Below are positions 28,561 through 37,123 of a DNA stretch of 64,000 nt, one piece after another. Under the pieces are notes generated by a model, which had not been told where the DNA came from, made no database searches, and worked only from the letters and a program-made list of their open reading frames with translations. Every line of letters begins with the position of its first letter. The first letter of the stretch is position 1. Origin of the DNA: a virus (lineage: Duplodnaviria; Caudoviricetes); the IMG/VR virus record IMGVR_UViG_3300049988_000286, positions 192,001 to 256,000 of that record; one strand, given 5' to 3'. The position numbers were made by a program, and so were the translations under genes.

Positions 28561-29120
28561 AGACGCTCCACGATCTCCGACCAGTCATTCACCCGCGTCA
28601 TCCCTGCATCGGGGAGGTCAGCGTTGTAGGCATGATTGATCAGGTAGGTGTCAAAGCCGAGTTCATGACCCGCTAATGCGTTGTCGTAGTTGTCCTCGAT
28701 CCATACGGATGGTTCAAGGCTGGATAGCACCGCACGCTTCGAAACAAATCCAGTAGCGATGACTTCCTCAAAGGGAACGCCCAGCACGGCTTCGAGATTA
28801 TTTCGACGCCTCTGCGCGATACCAGCGGTGTTGGGACATGCCGTGATCGCAACAAAGCGCCAACCACAAACATGGAGGCTACGCATTGCCTCTGCTGCTC
28901 CCTTCATGGCAGGGACGCTATAGGCGTGCTCACACGCGAAATAGCGGTGCACCACATCGCTCTCTTCTTCGTCGCTGATTCCGAAAGCGAGCGTGAGACG
29001 GTTGAACCGGTGAAGGTGATCATCGGGAAAGTCGTAGCCTTGTTCCCGCAGCCACGGCTCCCAATGCAGATTGAAGTCGAGAACGGTAGCATCGACATCG
29101 GTATAGATGATCTTACTCAC
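28545..29120 (-). CDS. HAD-family 5'(3')-deoxyribonucleotidase-like protein (T4 30.2-like)
   Basis: IYTDVDATVLDF, WIEDNYDNA and HAYN...RVNDWSEI; GTG start assumed. Confidence 0.75.
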   Translation of the reverse strand: MSKIIYTDVDATVLDFNLHWEPWLREQGYDFPDDHLHRFNRLTLAFGISDEEESDVVHRYFACEHAYSVPAMKGAAEAMRSLHVCGWRFVAITACPNTAGIAQRRRNNLEAVLGVPFEEVIATGFVSKRAVLSSLEPSVWIEDNYDNALAGHELGFDTYLINHAYNADLPDAGMTRVNDWSEIVERLCTDA

Positions 29121-29451
29121 TGGTGGTATTCGCAAGCTGCTTGGCTGCCCAGTTGCGCAGACCATCCTTGATCATGTCATCGTACTTCTTCACGTAGTGA
29201 GCGATCACCATCTCGTCATCTGCCTCGCCCGCCCGAGCGTTCTTGAGCAGCTTGCCATCGAGGAGGTCGATGATCAGGCTCGCCGTCATCTGCTTTGCGT
29301 TGAGGCGATCGACGACACTCACGTGCTCGGTCATGACAAGGTTGTCGGGGTCGTTCATCCAACCCTTGACCCGTGTGTTGGCAGTAGGCTTTGGGATATG
29401 GCGTAGCTCGATCACGAGAAAGGGTCGGTTGCGATTGTAGTGATGGGACAT
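29113..29451 (-). CDS. hypothetical protein
   Basis: 112 aa with an AAGGA SD; in an operon with the clamp loader. Confidence 0.65.
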   Translation of the reverse strand: MSHHYNRNRPFLVIELRHIPKPTANTRVKGWMNDPDNLVMTEHVSVVDRLNAKQMTASLIIDLLDGKLLKNARAGEADDEMVIAHYVKKYDDMIKDGLRNWAAKQLANTTSE

Positions 29452-29453
29452 AT

Positions 29454-30395
29454 TTACTTCCTTGTAAGCCGGACCATTTCGCAAATGGTGGCTGATAGAT
29501 TGATCTCTTCGTCCGCAACGAATTTGCTCTTATAGAGACCATCACGGACGATAATCAGCGCATCATCGTGCTGATCCGGTGTATCACCGAACAACTCCAC
29601 GTTGCGGTAGAGCCAGCGATAGATATCATCGTACTCCTCCGGGCTAGCCTGTGAGATGATAAGCTTCCGGGCAGCAGTGTGCTGTCGCTTGCGGAACATC
29701 TCCACCACCTCGAACATGAAGTCGTGAGCAGCGTGGTCGGACTTTGGTTTGGCACAGAGCCGCCCCTCGACTGTATTCTGCTCAACGAGGCCGATGCACT
29801 TACGAAGATCAGGGTAGGCGGCTTCGATATACTCACACAGGATATCGGTGTCGGCGGCAACCCCCTCACGGTCGAGGATTTCAGCGACGCGCATCACGAA
29901 CTCGGACTGGTCAAGTGCTTCGAAGTTAAACTCCTGACACCGGCTTCGGATCGCGCTTTCAATCTTCTCCACATAGTTGCATGTGAAGATGAAGCGGACT
30001 GTGGCAGAATATTGCTCGATCTCCGAGCGGAGAAACTTCTGCGACAGGAGGGAAAGCGCGTCGGCTTCGTCGAGGATGACATACTTGATGCCATGCTCGT
30101 TCTCAATCATGGGGTAGGTCTGCACGAACCCGGTGATCTGCGCCTCCAAGAGTTCTACCTTGCGGACGCGGCTCGCCTTGATGAACAGAATATCGCCCGA
30201 TGGCACATTGAGCAGCTTTAGGAGCAGTTTGGCGAGGCTGGTCTTACCCAGCCCCGATTTGCCCGCAAAGCACAGGTGCGGGAGCGCACCCGCTGCGATC
30301 CACTCGCCCGCCTTTGCGCGCAAGTTACCGTCGCGCCAGACATACTCATCGAGCGTCTGCGGAATATATCGATCGACCCAGAGTGTGGTATCCAA
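29454..30395 (-). CDS. clamp loader subunit (T4 gp44/RFC-like AAA+)
   Basis: LWVDRYIPQTLDEY, GKSGLGKT, ILDEAD, FIFTCNY, IRSRC and PDLRKCI. Confidence 0.92.
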   Translation of the reverse strand: MDTTLWVDRYIPQTLDEYVWRDGNLRAKAGEWIAAGALPHLCFAGKSGLGKTSLAKLLLKLLNVPSGDILFIKASRVRKVELLEAQITGFVQTYPMIENEHGIKYVILDEADALSLLSQKFLRSEIEQYSATVRFIFTCNYVEKIESAIRSRCQEFNFEALDQSEFVMRVAEILDREGVAADTDILCEYIEAAYPDLRKCIGLVEQNTVEGRLCAKPKSDHAAHDFMFEVVEMFRKRQHTAARKLIISQASPEEYDDIYRWLYRNVELFGDTPDQHDDALIIVRDGLYKSKFVADEEINLSATICEMVRLTRK

Positions 30396-30406
30396 CGCGG
30401 CGGTCC

Positions 30407-30757
30407 TTATAGAGCGTGAGTATCGTAGTCGGTAGGTCGGTCAGGCTGATCGCTGACCAGAAGGATTGCGGCGGGATCGATCTTCCAAACATCAATCTTG
30501 CCTTCGGGCAGATCGAGCGGTAGGCGAAGAGTCCAGCGACCGTGCTCGACGTAGAGCCACTCACCGGGTTCAAGGTAATCGATGTCCGGGCCGGTGCGCC
30601 AAACTCGGCACCAACGCGGCTTGATACCGTGGTCCTTCATGTTGTCGTCACGAAGAATGATACCACCCTTCGTCTTCTGCATCCCGGCCTCCAAATCAGT
30701 AACGAAGATGTTACCTTTGAGAGGCGTGAATGAATTTCCAGAGGTAGTCTGTGCCAT
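30407..30757 (-). CDS. GroES-like co-chaperonin (T4 gp31-like)
   Basis: PLKGNIFV...TKGGIILRDD...GP...PGEWLYVEHGRW. Confidence 0.75.
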   Translation of the reverse strand: MAQTTSGNSFTPLKGNIFVTDLEAGMQKTKGGIILRDDNMKDHGIKPRWCRVWRTGPDIDYLEPGEWLYVEHGRWTLRLPLDLPEGKIDVWKIDPAAILLVSDQPDRPTDYDTHAL

Positions 30758-30822
30758 TACGGTCCTCGATTGTTTAGGTGACCATTTAGACAGCCATCTC
30801 CGGTTCTCGCAATATTCGAAGA

Positions 30823-30828
30823 TAAATA
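30823..30828 (+). promoter_or_regulatory. late promoter TAAATA
   Basis: Upstream of the 30852 ORF, which has an AGGAG SD. Confidence 0.6.
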
Positions 30829-30851
30829 CGCAGTTATAAGGAGAAGCACTC

Positions 30852-31181
30852 ATGAAGATTACAAGCCTCAAGGGCCGCGAGGTTGATTTCAACGCTCTGC
30901 GCGCCAAGCACGCATCAACGATCGCTATCAACGGTGGATCGGGACCGCTCACCAACGCGCGAGGCGATGTCCTTGGTCGGGGCGGCGAGGTGATCAAGAC
31001 ACAGGCGGAGGTCATCAAGGATTATTATGAGAACAACCCCAAGGCCGTGACTGTCTCCACAGTCTCGCTCAAGGATGCCGATGAGGACATGATGACGCCC
31101 GCACAGGCGATTGCCGCTCTAGAGGGAGGCGAAGTGGCGAAAACCGTGCAGAAGCGTCGTTCGCGCGACTCCGAGGATTAA
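30852..31181 (+). CDS. hypothetical protein
   Basis: 109 aa; GREVDFNAL...NARGDVLGRGG; has SD and late promoter. Confidence 0.75.
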   Translation: MKITSLKGREVDFNALRAKHASTIAINGGSGPLTNARGDVLGRGGEVIKTQAEVIKDYYENNPKAVTVSTVSLKDADEDMMTPAQAIAALEGGEVAKTVQKRRSRDSED

Positions 31182-31693
31182 TCCTTCAAGAACTCACCAA
31201 TTTCCAGTCCATACAGGATGGGATTGATCTTGGTGATACCGATCAGGAAGAGGGCAAAGCTGGCAACGCTAGACCCTCTTCCTACCCCCCATACGATCTT
31301 CCGGGCGCGAAAACTATCGACGAGGTAGATCATGAGGCGCAGTAGCGGCGTGAGTCCGCGCGTTTCGTATTCCTGCTGCTCGACCAAGAGACGAGCCAAC
31401 TCCTCATCACTCTGGCATCGGTCGCGCAACACGGCCCAAACATCGAGATCGTTGTATGCGGCCGGGAAGAGCCAACGCGATTGACGCTCCATATGGTATG
31501 CTTGGGGCGAACCCTGTAACACACTGGACGCGAAAACGGCGGTGGGCTTGTCGTTGGTGAGGCAGAGTTCGTTATAGCGTTCGATAAGGGGGTCTATCTC
31601 GACCACGGTGGCCGCGAGGTCTCGCCCCTCATACAGCATCTGAAAAAGATCGGGTTCAGTGAGGACTACCTCACCGTAATCGTTTACGTGCAT
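31178..31693 (-). CDS. DNA polymerase III alpha-like fragment
   Basis: RL..E...Y, WGVGRGSSVASFALFLIGIT.INP; only about 171 aa. Confidence 0.75.
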   Translation of the reverse strand: MHVNDYGEVVLTEPDLFQMLYEGRDLAATVVEIDPLIERYNELCLTNDKPTAVFASSVLQGSPQAYHMERQSRWLFPAAYNDLDVWAVLRDRCQSDEELARLLVEQQEYETRGLTPLLRLMIYLVDSFRARKIVWGVGRGSSVASFALFLIGITKINPILYGLEIGEFLKD

Positions 31694-31696
31694 CAA

Positions 31697-32344
31697 TCAG
31701 TCTTTGATGATCTGCGGGCGGAAATTGCCCTTGATGATTACCGCTTCGCGCGGAGCGTCATTAGCGAGGAACCCGAGATCGATTGCCCAATTCGGCTTCT
31801 CCGACAGATCGGCATCCTCCGGGGCGAGCGTGTCGAATACGGTGCCGTCGTCACGCATCCACCATGGTCGATCAAACCACGTCGGACCATCAATCCATCC
31901 TTCCATATCGGGAAGGTCTTCTTCGCAATCGCCGACATAAGTGAATACCAGCCCCTCCGCCGTGTCCGAGGATAGTTCAATAGTCCCCACCGCGAAAGCA
32001 CCAGCGGCAAGGGCCTGTAGCTTCGATTGCAGAAGCAGACATAGGTGGTCGTCGGACGGTTCATCAGGGGTGATCATCAAGTGATTGCGCAGACGCGGCA
32101 CATTGTCGCTGTCAAGTGCTAGATCAAACCCGACTGCATTACCGGCCGAGATTGCGAGCGATGCCCCGACGATGTTGGTCAGCCAATACTCGATCTTCCG
32201 AAACGCCAGCGTGACGAGGGCGTCATCGATGATGTCAACCTCCGCCTTGACTGAAATAGTGGACGGGATCAGCATGTCATCCAGCAACCGACACATCGAG
32301 AACTTGAAATTGTAATGGATGTATAGTGTGCTTTCGTCTTCCAT
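31697..32344 (-). CDS. hypothetical protein
   Basis: 215-aa ORF closely packed in an operon; PWW.RDD motif. Confidence 0.7.
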   Translation of the reverse strand: MEDESTLYIHYNFKFSMCRLLDDMLIPSTISVKAEVDIIDDALVTLAFRKIEYWLTNIVGASLAISAGNAVGFDLALDSDNVPRLRNHLMITPDEPSDDHLCLLLQSKLQALAAGAFAVGTIELSSDTAEGLVFTYVGDCEEDLPDMEGWIDGPTWFDRPWWMRDDGTVFDTLAPEDADLSEKPNWAIDLGFLANDAPREAVIIKGNFRPQIIKD

Positions 32345-32347
32345 CTC

Positions 32348-32686
32348 TTACTCCTTGACCGGGCGGCTGGTTCTGGCCGCTCGGAAGCTACTCTCCCTTG
32401 TAGTCGCAACCCGTCCTTCTCTGCCATTTGTTTTCGCAACCGGAGGTTTCGGTCCTTCGATATCAACCTGCTCCGGACGGCCCTTGATCGACGCCTCGAA
32501 GGCGCGCTGCACCAAACGCTCCCTCTGCGCAAAAGCACAGGCGTCCGCCATCGCCTTCAACTGTTCCACAAGTTCCCCGCTGTTCGAGAAGCGGCCCGCA
32601 TATGCGAGGCGTTTGTGGATTTCGACGGTCTTATCCAAGAGTTCCTGATCCGTCATACCAATTGGATCAAATCCAATTACGTTCAT
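32348..32686 (-). CDS. hypothetical protein
   Basis: ATG start MNVIGFDP behind minus-strand TAAATA at 32708-32713. Confidence 0.6.
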   Translation of the reverse strand: MNVIGFDPIGMTDQELLDKTVEIHKRLAYAGRFSNSGELVEQLKAMADACAFAQRERLVQRAFEASIKGRPEQVDIEGPKPPVAKTNGREGRVATTRESSFRAARTSRPVKE

Positions 32687-32698
32687 ATTGCACCTCGA

Positions 32699-32713
32699 TA
32701 AATAGATATTTAG
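32699..32713. promoter_or_regulatory. face-to-face late promoters TAAATA-GA-TATTTA
   Basis: Near-palindrome between divergent genes. Confidence 0.6.
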
Positions 32714-32743
32714 AATGGCGACAACCGCCTTTTGGAGAACTTC

Positions 32744-33154
32744 ATGGCTTTGTCTTTCGCTAACAATACTGCTCACGCGATCCTTGATCAGATTAAGGTC
32801 CGTATGGATATGGGTGCCGGTCCCGCCACAGTAGTCATCTACTCGGGAACCGTTCCTCTCGCCGCTAATACCGCGCTGTCGGGCAACACCGTCTTGGCAG
32901 TCCTGACTGCGAGCGATCCGTCCGCTCCCGCTGCCGCGAACAAGACGCTTACCCTCAATCCGATCGCACAGGATACCAGCGCCGATGCTACCGGTGAGGC
33001 GACGTTCTTCCGCATCCTCGACTCGGACAACAATGTCGTGGTTCAGGGAACGGTCAGTGCGGTCAACGGCACGGGCGACCTCCAGATGAACACTACTTCA
33101 ATCATCATCAATGGACCCGTGCAGGTAACCTCGTGCACGTTCTCGATGCCGTAA
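32744..33154 (+). CDS. small beta-rich virion structural protein
   Basis: IYSGTVP.AA......VLAVL, TG.ATFFRI.DS, QGTV...G.DL; GGAGA SD. Confidence 0.6.
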   Translation: MALSFANNTAHAILDQIKVRMDMGAGPATVVIYSGTVPLAANTALSGNTVLAVLTASDPSAPAAANKTLTLNPIAQDTSADATGEATFFRILDSDNNVVVQGTVSAVNGTGDLQMNTTSIIINGPVQVTSCTFSMP

Positions 33155-33179
33155 GCGACCATACAGCACTACAATACCG

Positions 33180-33215
33180 AAGAGCCACGGACGAGTTCCG
33201 TGGCTCTTCTTGTTT
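33180..33215 (+). terminator. intrinsic terminator
   Basis: AAGAGCCACGGA-CGAGT-TCCGTGGCTCTT-CTTGTTT. Confidence 0.8.
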
Positions 33216-33233
33216 CAATCGACTAAATAGGGG

Positions 33234-33737
33234 ATGGCTCTCGATCTCGAAAAAATCAATGATTCGCCGCATCTGCTCGACATCCTCATCCAGATGGAGG
33301 ATGTCTTGGACTCGCTGGACATCTATGTGTTCGCTCATTGGATGAAGGGCGAAATCGTCGAAGGGCCGGTGGTTCGTCGGTACTGGTTTGACTTCACGCT
33401 CCGCTATGACATCAAGAAGATGCCTGATCCGCGCGGCGCGATGCGGCTGCTCAAGCACGGCGTTCGTGTCGATTACAACAAGGTGACCGTTCAAGCCGAT
33501 GACGGTAGCGAACCTGACGAGGCCACCCATTGGGAGGTCAAGGTATCGGTTCCCAAGCGCTTGGTCGCCGACATGAACGCAGCCGAACTCGACTTCTACG
33601 ACGAGGACATCGAGGTAGAGGATGTTCAGGACGCACAGGACGAGGGCATGAACGACGAATCGGGCCTCTTTGACGGAGACACCGAGGAACTCGATGCACC
33701 CGAGCCGGATGCGGAGACGCAGGAGGAGCAGCAGTGA
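33234..33737 (+). CDS. late hypothetical protein (predicted leaderless)
   Basis: TAAATA-GGGG-ATG; LD.YVFAHW..GEIVEGP...RYW, MPDPRGAMRL. Confidence 0.75.
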   Translation: MALDLEKINDSPHLLDILIQMEDVLDSLDIYVFAHWMKGEIVEGPVVRRYWFDFTLRYDIKKMPDPRGAMRLLKHGVRVDYNKVTVQADDGSEPDEATHWEVKVSVPKRLVADMNAAELDFYDEDIEVEDVQDAQDEGMNDESGLFDGDTEELDAPEPDAETQEEQQ

Positions 33738-34201
33738 TCATCAACGAAGGCATGTGGGCCAACGACCTCGAAGACCTCCTTCAGCCGTTGCTCTCGATCG
33801 ACGAATATGAATCCAAGATCGACGACACGGCAGTGGCGATCGGCTTCTTTATCAACGACGCCGATGCCGCCGATGACCTCGCGCGCTTCCTCCAGAAAAG
33901 CGCAGTCCCTCTCATTGACTGCGATGTCTCGCCCGCGCCGGATCAGCGGGGATATTATATCGTCTTTGTCGAACTTCCTTCAAACGATCGTTTTACCGAG
34001 AACCTGCGACACATCTGTGATGAGGTGGGTCAGCTTGCCGGTATTACTCACTGGAAAATCAAGATGCGTGGGATGAAGAAGGTCATCGACTTTGACGAGG
34101 AACAAGTCAAACGGACAATCCTCCGCAACGTCATGAGTGATAAACTCACCCGACTGCGCAATCAACTCAAGGAGTTGAAAAAAAGCCAAAAAGAGGGCTA
34201 G
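33734..34201 (+). CDS. late hypothetical protein
   Basis: GTGA overlap; DLEDLLQPLLSIDEYESKI, DCDVSP...GYYIVFVEL. Confidence 0.75.
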   Translation: MIINEGMWANDLEDLLQPLLSIDEYESKIDDTAVAIGFFINDADAADDLARFLQKSAVPLIDCDVSPAPDQRGYYIVFVELPSNDRFTENLRHICDEVGQLAGITHWKIKMRGMKKVIDFDEEQVKRTILRNVMSDKLTRLRNQLKELKKSQKEG

Positions 34202-34254
34202 GCCCTCTTTACAGCACCGTGGCTTCCCGGCATGTGACCCTCATTGGGGGAAAC

Positions 34255-34563
34255 ATGATCGAACGGACTATCAACTGGCAACACGCTCTTCGCTTCCTCG
34301 ACCATGCACAGACGGTCAACTGGGAGCCGCCCGCAATAGCGGCTATCGAGGTCAATTACACGACACTGATCCGCTTTACTCATCGCTTGCCCGTCTTTGA
34401 AATTCGTGACTGGATTCACGAATCGGTTGGTGGCAATTATCGGCTGTCGTCCATTCATGCACGAGACGCCAACACCATGACAATCTCGATCCTTCCGACC
34501 TACATCCGGCTGGCGTTTTTCGACATCGAAACCAGCACCTTCTTCAAGCTGCGCTGGCTTTAA
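34255..34563 (+). CDS. hypothetical protein (small paralog family)
   Basis: EIRDWIHES...LAFFDIETSTFFKLRWL. Confidence 0.6.
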   Translation: MIERTINWQHALRFLDHAQTVNWEPPAIAAIEVNYTTLIRFTHRLPVFEIRDWIHESVGGNYRLSSIHARDANTMTISILPTYIRLAFFDIETSTFFKLRWL

Positions 34564-34769
34564 CGATCGCTGAACGAACCCCCGTTGATAACAGCGGGGG
34601 TAGAAGCAGCGACGACGGGCGCGGGTTTCTGTAGCGCCAAGGAGAGCAACTCTCCGATGCTCGCCGCCAAAGCGTTAGCCTCTTCAAACGACAGACGCAT
34701 GTCGCGAGCACCCGAGTGGGCGAGTTTCTTGACACGCCCCAAATAGGCGTCGATCGGTTCGTGGTCCAT
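34560..34769 (-). CDS. hypothetical protein
   Basis: 69 aa, coupled to the upstream nuclease gene. Confidence 0.65.
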   Translation of the reverse strand: MDHEPIDAYLGRVKKLAHSGARDMRLSFEEANALAASIGELLSLALQKPAPVVAASTPAVINGGSFSDR

Positions 34770-36010
34770 TAGTTTCTCCGGTAAGGTGCGCCGAGATAGG
34801 CGGCATGGTCGGTGGCATCGACCGCGAGGCGGTTGAGTTCATGTTGCTTGCAGAAGCGGGCGAAATGGATTCCCACGGCGGAGACTGGGGGCTGCTGGAC
34901 CGCCTCGACAATCACGGCATCCATGGCTTCCTTCACTGCGTCCGGCTGCTGCGTCAGATCGATGAGTTGACGGTTCTTCTCATATTCATCGATAACTTTG
35001 ACCTCGATGCTTTCACCACCCTCGGGTGTCTCGACCAACTTCTGCCAACGCTTGAGCATGAAGTTGTTCCAATGGAAACCCTTCTCTTTGCGGTCGTTCC
35101 AAGCATCCTCGATCCCCACGGAAGATTTACTTCCCCGGTAGCGGACACCGGGATTGGCGGAGAAGATGCCGTCACCGACATCGCCTCTAATGATCTTGAG
35201 GAATAGTGCCTTCTCGGGCCAATCTTCTTCCATCTCCCATTCGAAGGGCTGATTGGTTCGATTCTCTACCTTGAGGGTTTCGAGGCGCGCGGTAGCGAGG
35301 GTCTTCTCAAGAAGGTCTGTCAACGCGCCGTCGCTCTTCTTCTTTGCCTCCGCCCATGCCTTGAAGGCGGCGCGCTCCGCCTCCTTGACCTTCTTCAACT
35401 CCTCCTTCTGTGCCGCATTGTGCTTCTTGGTCGCCTCGCGGATTGTCTCCTTCGCCTTGACCTTCCCCGATGCCGGATCGACGTGGAAGACCAATGGCTC
35501 CCCCTTGGCATCAAAGACGCCATTGCGGGTAATAGTGCGCTCCGTCAAACCGTCGTAGATAGAGACATTGGGGGCGAGAAGCTGAATGTTGTCGCTGTCA
35601 CCGGAAATGATGATGTGGTCATCGTTGGGGTGAAGCTGAATCCACCGCGCGATCATATCATCGCCTTCCGCACAACTGCATTGCAGCACGGTCATGCGGG
35701 TCTTCTCTCTAAAGAATGTCATGAGAGATTTAAGGACTTCGCGAAACACGTCCTGTTCCTCTTGCTCGCGCGGCGATAGAGTCTTTCGAGCAAGGATGCG
35801 CTTTGCCTTGTACATGGGATAGTGGTCGTAGCGCCACGAGCGTCCCTCTGCCGCGACCACGATGTGATCCGCGCCATGATCGCGGTGCGCCTTGCGGAGA
35901 GCGTTGAAGACGATATGGAGTGCCATACCGGCTTTCGTGAATGCGTCACCGGAGCAGACGTGGTGAGCGCGGTTGAAGAGGTGGGCGGCGTCGATGATAG
36001 CGAATTTCAT
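34769..36010 (-). CDS. T4 RNase H-like 5'-3' exonuclease/flap endonuclease
   Basis: IIDAAHLF, SWRYDHYPMYKAKR, EGDDMIA, ISGDSDNIQL and GDVGDGI. Confidence 0.88.
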   Translation of the reverse strand: MKFAIIDAAHLFNRAHHVCSGDAFTKAGMALHIVFNALRKAHRDHGADHIVVAAEGRSWRYDHYPMYKAKRILARKTLSPREQEEQDVFREVLKSLMTFFREKTRMTVLQCSCAEGDDMIARWIQLHPNDDHIIISGDSDNIQLLAPNVSIYDGLTERTITRNGVFDAKGEPLVFHVDPASGKVKAKETIREATKKHNAAQKEELKKVKEAERAAFKAWAEAKKKSDGALTDLLEKTLATARLETLKVENRTNQPFEWEMEEDWPEKALFLKIIRGDVGDGIFSANPGVRYRGSKSSVGIEDAWNDRKEKGFHWNNFMLKRWQKLVETPEGGESIEVKVIDEYEKNRQLIDLTQQPDAVKEAMDAVIVEAVQQPPVSAVGIHFARFCKQHELNRLAVDATDHAAYLGAPYRRN

Positions 36011-36062
36011 GGCTTGACTCTATCGCCGTCAGCCGATAGTTCGCAATAAAGAAGGAAGAGCA

Positions 36063-36485
36063 ATGGAACCGCGTGACGCCTATGAGGATTTGCTGGAAAG
36101 GACGTTCGGTATGATTCAAAGTGGAAAGTCTTCCAGCGGCTTCGGTAATATCGGTAACGCGGGCGCTGCGAAGGCGTCAGTAGCGGTTACGCCGGAACCA
36201 GTCCTGATGCGCGCCTCGAAGCGCCTCCACTATTCGAAGTTCAACACCACCTTCCTGCCCGCCGAGTCCATCATGGCGATGGCGCGCAATCAGGTGGTGC
36301 CGGGAGGGAAGACAAGTCCCGGCCGTGCCCCGAAGGTCATCCCCGAACACATGCTCGATTGGTGCGAGGAGAATTGCGCTGGTCTCTGGATGCCCTCGCC
36401 GCCTTCAGCGCCCGAGTACATCATGTTCGAGGACAACGCCGACCTTACCCTGTTCATTACCGCGTTCGGCGGCGGGTCTAACTAA
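36063..36485 (+). CDS. hypothetical protein (small paralog family domain at the C-terminus)
   Basis: LDWCEENC...IMFEDNADLTLF. Confidence 0.65.
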   Translation: MEPRDAYEDLLERTFGMIQSGKSSSGFGNIGNAGAAKASVAVTPEPVLMRASKRLHYSKFNTTFLPAESIMAMARNQVVPGGKTSPGRAPKVIPEHMLDWCEENCAGLWMPSPPSAPEYIMFEDNADLTLFITAFGGGSN

Positions 36486-37032
36486 CGATTCGGGGGTTGC
36501 CGTGCAGGGTTGCACTGGCCTCCGATCGACACACGTCTTGGAACCAAGCCTCTACGATCGCCTCTTCGTCGCGACCCGTGTACCCACCTTCGCGCAAAGC
36601 CTCGATCCAGACATCGTTCCAGTCGAACTCGAAATAGTAGCCGTTCACCCCCTTGGTGACATCGAGGCCATCGTCGATTACCCTGATCCACGGCATACCG
36701 CGAAGCGTCGCAATGGCTTTGTCGCCCGCGAACGGGTCCATCTTGCCGTGACGGACATCGGCGTCGATGCGCGCAACTTCGCGCTCCACATCGTCGGCGA
36801 TCATCTCCGCCATCTCGGCATCGAAGGTCTCGCCGTCGATGATACCCCAATCGCGACGCAACTCGATCTTGCGCCGTTTGAGCATTTCGCCCGATAGCGT
36901 GATTTCCGCTAGGCGCTCCGCGAGATCGTGTCCGTCGAGGGTGTAATAGGCCTCTGCCTCTTCGCGCTGCGGCCCCGCAAGGCCCCATGCCGCAGGGAGC
37001 CACGAGAATGGAATAAGTCGTTTCTTGATCAT
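36478..37032 (-). CDS. hypothetical protein
   Basis: MIKKRLIPF.W.PAAWGL.G...E.A; G.PWIRVI; YFEFDWND.WI..L...GY.G..EE.IV..WF. Confidence 0.7.
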   Translation of the reverse strand: MIKKRLIPFSWLPAAWGLAGPQREEAEAYYTLDGHDLAERLAEITLSGEMLKRRKIELRRDWGIIDGETFDAEMAEMIADDVEREVARIDADVRHGKMDPFAGDKAIATLRGMPWIRVIDDGLDVTKGVNGYYFEFDWNDVWIEALREGGYTGRDEEAIVEAWFQDVCRSEASATLHGNPRIVS

Positions 37033-37123
37033 GCGCGATAGTATCGCGACATGATCTCTGGTCGCAATATTGGCTTGACACTCCGAGGACGAACTGCAAA
37101 GCCGGTCGGGAAAGGATTTCGAG

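Noticed and set aside
29451-29456. TAAATA late promoter before the 112-aa gene
   Set aside because: It overlaps the ATG itself and lies within a normal AAGGA SD spacer, so it is probably coincidental.
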